This document shows positions 26,728-35,047 of a stretch of 64,000 nt of DNA, piece by piece. The notes under the pieces were generated by a model that worked only from the letters and a program-made list of their open reading frames with translations, was not told the DNA's origin and made no database searches. Every line of letters starts with the position of its first letter. Position 1 is the first letter of the stretch. Source of the stretch: an uncultured delta proteobacterium (GTDB lineage: Bacteria; Desulfobacterota; Desulfobulbia; Desulfobulbales; JAGXFP01); NCBI GenBank assembly GCA_963807225.1, contig CAWEAD010000008.1, positions 337,763 to 401,762 of the forward strand, in the 5' to 3' direction. The position numbers and the translations under genes are program-made.

Positions 26728-27798
26728 CTAAAGATTTTCCGTGTATGCATCGTAGATATCGCTAAACGCCTGCTGGTCTTGGATGAAGGCGATCAGAATA
26801 TCCGGGTCAAAATGCTCCGGTTTGGTACGGCCATCGCCATTCGTCATGATGCTCATGGTTTTCAGATGGTCAAATGCGGGCTTGTAGGCGCGCTTGCATC
26901 GTTGGGCGTCGTAGGTGTCGCAGACGCTCATAATTCGCGCGGCCAGAGGGATATCCTTGCCGGAGATGCCATGCGGGTACCCCCCGCCGCCCCAGCGCTC
27001 ATGATGATTGAGTGCTATATCGGCGCCCATTTTCAGATAAGGTGACTTGCCTTGGCCGAGGATTTCAGCGCCGATCACGGTATGCTCTTTCATGATCTCC
27101 CATTCATCAGGGGATAAGCATCCGGGTTTATGCAGGATATGGTCGGGGATGCCAATTTTACCGATATCGTGCATCGGGCTCGCGAAATATATCCTGTCGA
27201 TGAACTCTTCACCCAGATCGAGGGTTATGGCCAGCCTGCGACAGTAACTGCTGATGCGCTGCACGTGAGTACCGGTGGCTTCATCTTTGTGGTCCGCCGC
27301 CCGGGTCATGGTCAAAATCGTTTCCAGGTAGCTTTCCTGAAGTTCAGCGGTCTTATCTCCTACTCGTTTGTCGAGTATGTTGTTGTAGTTTTGCAATTCC
27401 TTGTGCAGCAGGCTCATTTCCAGCATATTATGTATTCGCGCCATGACCTCGGCCCGCTCAAAAGGTTTGCTGATAAAATCCCTGGCCCCTTCGTTCAAAG
27501 CCCGAAACTTGTGAGCCGGTTGGGCGGTGATGGCAATGATCGGCAGATAGTCGCCGTTTTCAAGCTTCTTCAGGTTTTCCATGACCTGAAATCCGTCCAT
27601 GATGGGCATTTGGATATCGAGCAGGATCAGGTCGTATCCGTTCAGGCGGTGCAGGTCGCAAACCTTAAGCGGATCCATGGTGGTCGTGATGTTGTTATAA
27701 CCGCCATTTCGCAGCATCTGCTCGAGCAGCAGGATGTTGACTGCCAGATCATCGACGATCAGGATGGCGCCATTGAGAATTTCGCTTGAACTTATCAT
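26728..27798 (-). CDS. response regulator with an HD-GYP phosphodiesterase output domain
   Basis: 356 aa. Receiver ILIVDDLAVN...LLDIQMPIMDG; HD-GYP motifs HDIGKIGIPD and HHERWGGGGYP. 4-nt overlap with the upstream kinase. Confidence 0.9.
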   Translation of the reverse strand: MISSSEILNGAILIVDDLAVNILLLEQMLRNGGYNNITTTMDPLKVCDLHRLNGYDLILLDIQMPIMDGFQVMENLKKLENGDYLPIIAITAQPAHKFRALNEGARDFISKPFERAEVMARIHNMLEMSLLHKELQNYNNILDKRVGDKTAELQESYLETILTMTRAADHKDEATGTHVQRISSYCRRLAITLDLGEEFIDRIYFASPMHDIGKIGIPDHILHKPGCLSPDEWEIMKEHTVIGAEILGQGKSPYLKMGADIALNHHERWGGGGYPHGISGKDIPLAARIMSVCDTYDAQRCKRAYKPAFDHLKTMSIMTNGDGRTKPEHFDPDILIAFIQDQQAFSDIYDAYTENL

Positions 27799-30401
27799 CG
27801 GGATCTCAGCTCCTTAATTTGCGGTTTGCAAAAGATCTTTTCGGTGAATTCTCGCGAGCGTATAACTTTTCCAGTATTTTCTTCCGCAAAACCCAGGGCC
27901 ATATCCAGTGCTTCCATGAACTCATTAACCACGATGGGCTTGGTTAAATAGCGGAAGAATCCTGCTTCCAAGCCATTTTTTATATCGAGCGGCATGGCAT
28001 TGGCGCTGATGGCGATGACCGGGATGTTCGCCGTGAGAGGGTCCGAACCCAGAAGTATCAGGGCTTCGAAACCGCTGATGTCGGGCAGGTTGATGTCCAT
28101 CAGGATCACATCCGGCAGCGAAAGGTGCGCCAGCTCGACCCCGCTTTTCCCGGTCACCGCGGTCAGCAGGCAAATATCCGGGTGACGGGCGATGATTTGT
28201 TCGACCAGCTTCATGTTCGCCGGGTTGTCCTCTACGTAGAGCACGTTGTATGGCTTAGCCTCACGACCCGTTCGCTTTTGGGCCGATGGCCTCGTTTCCA
28301 CTTCGTCCAAGAAGAGGCGAGGCTCGGCAACCGAAACGAATTCAAACCAGAACACGCTTCCCTCGCCGACGGTGCTTTCCACGCCGATTATCCCCCCCAT
28401 CAGTTCGACAAGTCGCTTGGCGACCACAAGACCGATGCCGGTGCCTTCCTCTTCGCCCCCCTCCTGTTGGAGACGATTAAAGGACTGGAAGAGCTGGTCC
28501 AACTGTTCCGGAGACAACCCCTTGCCGGTGTCTCTAATACTCACGCGAATGCGTCCAGACGTTTTCTCGGTGCAGTTGATTTCGATATTCCCCCCCTTGC
28601 TGTTGTATTTGATCGCGTTGGAGAGCAGGTTGAGGACCACCTGCTTCACTCGGGTCAGATCAGCCAGGATAAATAATGGGGTGTCTAGCTGGGGAAAGAT
28701 AACTTTGATGCCCCGCAGTTTCGCCTGCGGTTCGATCATCTCCAGACATTCCTGCATGACCTCGGCCAGCGCTATCGGCTCCTGCGAAAGCTCCACCTGT
28801 CTGGACTCGACTTTGGCGAGATCAAGGATTTCATCAATCAACTTCAGCAGATGCCATCCCGCCCGAAGAATCTGATCGATGCTTTCCTGCTGTGAGTTGG
28901 TTGGCGGTGGGGATTCGGCCTCCATCAGCTGGGCGAAACCGAGAATGGCGTTGAGCGGGCTGCGCAGCTCATGGCTCATGCTGGAGAGGAATTCAGATTT
29001 CGCCAGGTTGGCTTTTTCCGCCACGAACCGGGCGCTTTCCAGCTCAAGGTTTTTTTCCTGCACCAGCTGATCCATGAGTTTTCGTTCGGTAACGTCACGG
29101 GCGGCAGCGATCACGCCCTGTAATACTTTGTCTCGGTCATAGAATGTGGTGGCATTGAAGGAGACCACCGTTTCCCGGTTGTCTCTGGCCCGCGCCGTCA
29201 ATTCGTAGTCGGTGACCTTTTTCTCGTTCAAAACCAGTTTGATACCCGCTTCGGCTCGATTTTGATCGGTGAAGTAGTTCTTGAATGGAGTGCCGATCAA
29301 TTCGGAATGCATACAACCGGTGAGCACCTCCATCTGCTTGTTGACATCGGTGATGATGCCGGCCGGATCGGTGGTTATGATGGCGTCGATGTTGGACTCG
29401 AACAGGGAGCGGGTATAGAATTGATGATCGCGCAGAAGTTGACTGAGCACTTCTTGCTCTGCTTCGACCATTTTACGGGCGGTGTTGTCGGTGCCGATCA
29501 GCAGATAGCCGATGATGGCGTCCTGGGCGTCACGCAGGGCGGTGACCGAGACGACCGCCGGAAAGCGGCTGCCGTCTTTGCGGATATAGGTCAGTTCATA
29601 GATATCCTCGATCCCGCGTGAGGCTTTGAAAGCCAAGGCTTCGAAGCCCGGGGTGATCGGGGTTTCGAGTTCATTGCTGAGTGCCTTGGCGCGGATGATC
29701 AACTCCCGGGGATCGGAGATGTCGGCCGGGGTGATCTTGTTGATCATCTCGGCGGCGGTGTAGCCCAGCATCCGTTCGGCGCCGACGTTGAAGATCTGGA
29801 TGACGCCCTGGGCGTCGGTGGCGATGCTCGAGAAGTTGGCGCTGTTGAATATCGCCCTCTGCAGCGCCCCGGCCTTGAGTAGTTCCTCTTCCGCCTCTTT
29901 GCGGGCGGTGTTATCGGTGCCGATCAGCAGATAGCCGATGATGGCGTCCTGGGCGTCCCGTAGGGCGGTGACCGAGACGACCGCCGGAAAGCGGCTGCCG
30001 TCTTTGCGGATATAGGTCAGTTCATAGATATCCTCGATCCCGCGTGAGGCTTTGAACGCCAAGGCCTCGAAGCCCGGGGTGATCGGGGTTTCGAGTTCAT
30101 TGCTGAGTGCCTTGGCGCGGATGATCAACTCCCGGGGATCGGAGATATCGGCCGGGGTGATCTTGTTGATCACCTCGGCGGCGGTGTAGCCCAGCATCCG
30201 TTCGGCGCCGACGTTGAAGATCTGAATGACGCCCATCTCGTCGGTGGCGATGCTCGAAAAGTTGGCGCTATTCAAAATTGCATTCTGCAGGGCTCCGGTT
30301 TTCAGCAATGTTTCCTGGCGTCGGATCTCGCGGATACCCTCGACTGTGCCTGGGGCGAGGTTGAGAACGGCAGAGCGGGCGATTTTGTCGGGCATGTTCA
30401 T
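27795..30401 (-). CDS. multi-PAS hybrid sensor histidine kinase with a receiver
   Basis: 868 aa. Three PAS units (the first two nearly identical), H-box SHELRSPLNAILGF, GTGIGLVVAKRLV, receiver YVEDNPANM...MDINLPDISG. Confidence 0.9.
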   Translation of the reverse strand: MNMPDKIARSAVLNLAPGTVEGIREIRRQETLLKTGALQNAILNSANFSSIATDEMGVIQIFNVGAERMLGYTAAEVINKITPADISDPRELIIRAKALSNELETPITPGFEALAFKASRGIEDIYELTYIRKDGSRFPAVVSVTALRDAQDAIIGYLLIGTDNTARKEAEEELLKAGALQRAIFNSANFSSIATDAQGVIQIFNVGAERMLGYTAAEMINKITPADISDPRELIIRAKALSNELETPITPGFEALAFKASRGIEDIYELTYIRKDGSRFPAVVSVTALRDAQDAIIGYLLIGTDNTARKMVEAEQEVLSQLLRDHQFYTRSLFESNIDAIITTDPAGIITDVNKQMEVLTGCMHSELIGTPFKNYFTDQNRAEAGIKLVLNEKKVTDYELTARARDNRETVVSFNATTFYDRDKVLQGVIAAARDVTERKLMDQLVQEKNLELESARFVAEKANLAKSEFLSSMSHELRSPLNAILGFAQLMEAESPPPTNSQQESIDQILRAGWHLLKLIDEILDLAKVESRQVELSQEPIALAEVMQECLEMIEPQAKLRGIKVIFPQLDTPLFILADLTRVKQVVLNLLSNAIKYNSKGGNIEINCTEKTSGRIRVSIRDTGKGLSPEQLDQLFQSFNRLQQEGGEEEGTGIGLVVAKRLVELMGGIIGVESTVGEGSVFWFEFVSVAEPRLFLDEVETRPSAQKRTGREAKPYNVLYVEDNPANMKLVEQIIARHPDICLLTAVTGKSGVELAHLSLPDVILMDINLPDISGFEALILLGSDPLTANIPVIAISANAMPLDIKNGLEAGFFRYLTKPIVVNEFMEALDMALGFAEENTGKVIRSREFTEKIFCKPQIKELRSR
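29476..30256 (-). repeat. tandem duplication (426-bp period) inside the kinase gene encoding two near-identical PAS units
   Basis: Manual alignment of 29476-29830 against 29902-30256 gives about 8 mismatches in the first ~330 nt; the copies diverge after that. Confidence 0.85.
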
Positions 30402-31018
30402 TTCTCTAATTAAGCGGGCATTGATCAGGTGGCTCCTGCGACCAGAGATACGAAGCGCGATGAAGCCGATAATTTAAAATAGACGGTAAGGAATTCTTGT
30501 TATTGGAATACACCCTGTGCGGCATTTTGGAGTACTCCGCCAATCTCTTGCAAGGGACCAAGGGGTTTGTTCTGTACTTCTTCCGAATCCTGCCTGGGCG
30601 AGACGACGGTCAACTTGCTCGATGGCAGGAGACTTGTGCGGCCAACCCAGTGGAAAAGTAAAATGAGGCCGGATAAAAAAATGATAGTTTTCTCATAAAA
30701 TCAGTGCCCTCAGGCGGAATCGAAAGCATTTGTCGATGCCGCCGGGCGACCATGTTGCAGCTATGGTTGGAATCAAACCAAACTTCAGTTTACCGGGTGT
30801 CGCAAAAATTCCGGTCGGGAGTAGCACAGAGAGCCCGCAGTCAGGATTCTGGCTGCGGGCTTCTCACTTTTGTCCGAGTTGGTTGTGCCATCTACCCCAA
30901 GAGTTTTGCTCCAGGGGTTGATTAGAGCTGCTGCAGGGTTGATGAATCCACTTAATGGTAGGTGTCCCAATTTCATCCGGCAAGCTCTGGAAGGCATTTT
31001 CAACCCTTACCCAAGGCT

Positions 31019-32122
31019 TTACTTCACGACTAATTCAAAGAGTACGCGCATGTTTGATTTGGCGGCCGCTGTGTTAAGCTTTTTGGGCGCCAATTCAAAT
31101 CTTTCCGGATCCTCCTCCCCGTAACCTGATGGTCGAAAGCCTGCTCGGTGCGATGTGGCCTTCCTCGATCAGATAGGTTATCGACGGCCTTGGCCCTTCT
31201 AACGCTCAACTGCCGGTTGTATTCATCGGTGCCGGCGGCCGAGGTATAGCCGGCAATACGAATCTGGGCCTTGGGGTTGTCTTTCATTTGTTCGAAGTTA
31301 CTTTTCAGGATCTCCTTGGCCTCAGGTTTGAGGGTCGACTTATCAAAATCGAAATGAACATCCTCTAAATCGAGGACCACAATCTTCGGTTCGACTGATC
31401 GCCGCCTTGACTTTCTTCTCAGCCTTCGGTTCTGCAGCCAGGATAACGACCGGCGCCTCAGCTACCGGGGCAGGGGTTGCTTCCGGTTTCGGTTTTGGTT
31501 CATAACTGGCGACAGCTACCGGCTTTTTCGCGGATTTGCCGCCGAAGGCGAAGACTATTCCGAAAGTAGCTTCAACATTATGGATGTTTTCATCGTAGAG
31601 CAGGTTGTCCCGGAGATCGACGCGCAGGGCAATATCGTCGGCCAGCCAATATTTCGCACCCACGCCATAATCAACAATAGCCATGTCCCGGCTGTTAATT
31701 TCCGGATTATAGTGGGCGAAGCCGTAGCCGGCGGCCAGGAAGGGGTTGAAATTGCTCTCCGGCATAAAGTGGTAAAGGAGATCGAGGTGATACATGGTGA
31801 TCTTGACATCATCGATCGGGCTGGTGAACTGTCCTTCCTCGGTCCAAGGCGCGGAACTGTCATCAACTTTACTTTTGATGAATTCTCCGACTCCTTCAAT
31901 GCCGAAATGATTGGTGAAGTTATAGCCAACTCGGCCGCCGTAGACAAAGCTGTCTTTGAGGTTCTGTTGGCTTTCGAAAAAATTGTAGCCAATGAACGGG
32001 CTCAGTTCGATGCTGCCTTCCCTGATCTCGGCGCTGGCCGAGGCGGGGGCGAAGGCAACCGAGGCGAGCATCAACGCCGCCATGGTTTTTATGACCGGAA
32101 CTTTTGCAAATATTTTTTTCAT
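31019..32122 (-). pseudogene. OmpA-family outer membrane protein gene interrupted by about 3 frameshifts
   Basis: Signal peptide plus beta-barrel ORF (31343-32122). The OmpA-C domain (LEDVHFDFDKSTLKPEA...IAGYTSAAGTDEYNRQLSVRRAKAV) continues in a second frame. YLIEEGHIAPSRLSTI and GYGEEDPERFELAPKKLNTAAAKSNMRVLFELVVK* continue in further frames. Shifts lie near 31390, 31176 and 31127. Confidence 0.7.
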
Positions 32123-32279
32123 CTGAAATCTCCTTGTTGCGCTTGGGTATTCTTGTTTTCTATCTTCAGGTTATTCCGATATTTAACCGTTATCTTTCGG
32201 GCTTCAAGGAGAGACGGTTTGACTTAGCCGTCTCCCCTAACTGTGCCCCGGCTTTCACGCCGACTTCCGCCTGCCTTAT

Positions 32280-34252
32280 TTACTGGCAGCTGGGGGGTGA
32301 ATTCGGATCCCCCGGAACGGAAACGCGGTTTTCGTCAAAGGTAAAGGCGCCATCTGTAAACGCCCCGGCAAAGAATCTGCCGCAGGAGGTGGCGCCGGTT
32401 TTCATCGTGACATCTCTATAGGCCAGGATGTTGCCCTGCCAGATAGAGTTCGTGTCCACGGTCGCATCGGATCCCGCCTGCCACCAGACGTTGGAAGCCT
32501 TGGCATTGCCGGCCAGGAGTATCGTAGTGCCGGGTCCCGTGCCGATTGTTGAGGCCGACTGGAAGACGAAACTGGCATTGGGGTCGCCCTGGGCGTCGAG
32601 GGTCAGTTCGCCGGAAATCAGGATCGAGGTGATCGACTGGTAAACACCGGGATAGAACAGGTTGACTCCTTCAACGAGGGCTGCGGGCGGGGGTGAGCCT
32701 CCCAGTGTAGTGGGGGCGGCGATCGGGGTCGCACCCGGCATATTCGCCGGAGTGAGGTCGAGGTAGGCGGCCCTCAAGTCATCCGTGATCTTCTGGGCGG
32801 TTACTGTGTCCGGGTAGAGGGGGGTGATTACTGTCCCCGCTGATGATTGGTGCGCCCGCCATTGCAAAGGCCAAAACTGCCGGCGTCAAGAAATGTAATG
32901 GGCACGCCATTACACTCAGCCGTGGGATTCAGCACCACATCGCCATCGATCCGAGTAACAATAGGGACGGTGAGGGTATTGGTCACTCCGGCGGTGGCCG
33001 CCATCCCGAAGGAAGAGGCCAGGCCAAGGTTTACGCTTGGCACCAAAACGGTACCGGGGGTAAAGGTCCAGACATAGTCACTGGCAGCGGCGGCAGCGGC
33101 AGGGGGTCGCCTGCCAGTTGATTGCCGGCCAGATCAGTGGCATCGGTGGTGATCGTGGCGGTATAGGTGACGTTGGCAGTCAGATTGTTGGTCGGGATTA
33201 AAGGTCGCAACGCTGGTCAAAGGGTCATAAGAGACCAATCCTCCCGGTACCGGGAAGCCTGCCCCGGTCACCGTAAAGGTAAGATTGGTGATCGTAGGGG
33301 AGTCCATCTCCTCACTCAAGGTAACGGTGATGTTCTGATTGCGAGGCACATTGGAGGCAAGTATCGTTCGGGTTGGTATTAAGTCACCGTGGGCCGGATC
33401 AGTGTCCGGTAGAATTCCGGTGGTCCAAGTCCAGACGTAATCCGCCAGCATGGTGTTGCCGGCCAGATCCTTGACCGCCGTGATGATAGTTGAGGTATAG
33501 AGGGTATTAGGCAGCAGGTCGGCGTCAGGGTTGAAGGTCGCGGTCTTGCTGGCGACCGCATAGGTAACTACACCTGCCACTGCCACCGCCGGTGCACCGT
33601 GGGTCAAGGTAAAGGCGGGCGGGGTGGTAATGGACAACGGATCCATCGGTTCATTGAAGATTGCGGTAGTGGAGCGGTTAAGGGGCTGATCGATGGCGCC
33701 ACTGGTATTGCCGGTAATACCGTAGACCCCGGTGGCGGTTATCGTGGGCCGGGTAGTATCGACAACCGAAATCGTGGCGGTGCTGAAGGTCCAGACAAAA
33801 TTAGCGGCCAATGCCACGCCGGTCGCATCCTTGGCCGCCGTGGTAACGGTTACGGTATAAACGGTAAGAGGCAGCAGATCGGCGGCCGGCAGGGTCAGCG
33901 TGGCCACATTGCTGGAGGCCACATAGGTAACGGCGCCTCCGGCCACAGCGACGGCCGGGTTGCCATGGGTCAGCTTAAAGCTGGCCGGGGTCAGCGTGGT
34001 CTGATCCATCGCTTTGCTGAAGGCGACGGAAATTATTTTGGTGTTGACCGGTACACTGGTGGCATTGGCCAGAGGCGCCACGGCAGTAACTGTGGGTGCG
34101 GTTGAGGTTGGGTTGGGGTTGGGGTTGGCGGTGCTGACTGGCTGGTCCCACTCACCGCCGCCACCTTCGCTTCCGCATCCCGGCAGTATAATGAATACGC
34201 TCAGGATTAAGGCGAACAGCAGATAAGCTTTCCGTATCTCTAATCTTTTCAT
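32280..34252 (-). pseudogene. lipoprotein with tandem Ig-like (SbsA_Ig-type) domains and a C-terminal DUF3494 ice-binding-like domain, interrupted by about 3 frameshifts
   Basis: Lipobox IILPGC after ATG 34252. Repeated ...TFNPDADLLPNTLYTSTI... Ig-like units. The reading frame breaks near 33190, 33100 and 32850. The DUF3494 region (LGLASSFGMAATAGVTNT... / ...LTLDAQGDPNASFVFQSASTIGTG...) is split over two frames. Confidence 0.7.
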
Positions 34253-34820
34253 AATTTTCCCTTTGTCTGTTGTTGATTGCACTCTATCGTGTGATGCTGG
34301 TTTTCTTGTGCGCATATCTTCTCCTTTCCCTCTCAGCAGTTTCAAAATTCAAAACCATTAAAGAGATTGTGCTCACCTTTCCCCGAAGAGAGCGCCTTTG
34401 GTTGGGATGAGCGGAATCTTGTACGGTAGGTATGCAATTAGCCAGCCAACGGCGCCACGATAAGTAGCGTCTTTTATATAATGATGTAATTACGGTTGTT
34501 TATGCTTCGGTGGGCGGGGTTTGAAACACAGTGGCTAAAACCTTTGCCTTAATATTTGATGGCGTCGCCAAAAGTCTGATCTGCCGCATCGTGGCAGGTT
34601 CATGAAAGGCTCGACAAACCTCACGTATGTCTCCGCTTACACGACACTATCACTCATGTATGCCGAGCTCTAAGTTTAGCCATCTCAACCGGTAGGACGG
34701 ACCTTTCGGAGTCTCGCAGGCTCGCTTACCTGCAAGTCCGTTATATTTGGCGGAGCCGCGATATCTTGAGGGATGTTTTGCCGGGAACCCGGTTCGAACC
34801 CGCCCAGCTGAGACCGAAAG

Positions 34821-34989
34821 AGGAGGACCTGAACATGCATAGCGAGACGCATTCCCCGCAGCTCGAAGTCGCATTTCGTTTGCTTATCCGCGGTGGGATT
34901 AGTGAGCGAATTTGATGAAAACATCCTTCCATACGGAGATACCACGTGGCTCGAAGTCCATCGCTTATCTGCCGCGGGGCGCTTCAATC
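34821..34989 (-). repeat. two tandem copies of a ~85-nt noncoding unit also found at 62727-62800
   Basis: Read on the - strand: GATTGAAGCGCCCCGCGGCAGATAAGCGATGGACTTCGAGCCACGTGGTAT... then ...GCGGATAAGCAAACGAAATGCGACTTCGAGCTGCGGGGAATGC...CATGTTCAGG. The GACTTCGAG cores are 88 nt apart. Confidence 0.7.
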
Positions 34990-35047
34990 CCGGAGAAAAA
35001 ACAATACGGTTGAATATGACGGATTCTGTTACAATGACAAATAAATT

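Noticed and set aside
30704-30925. Two overlapping + strand ORFs (73 and 63 aa) in the kinase/OmpA intergenic region.
   Set aside because: No RBS, atypical composition, and they run through a strong hairpin. They are unlikely to be coding.
34346-34820. Group II intron remnant, retron or tRNA-like element, suggested by GAGCCGCG...GGTTCGAACC and several hairpins.
   Set aside because: GGTTCGAACC is just a 10-nt palindrome. There is no domain V consensus, no reverse transcriptase ORF and no cloverleaf. The region is better described as a long divergent promoter region containing the dispersed repeat.
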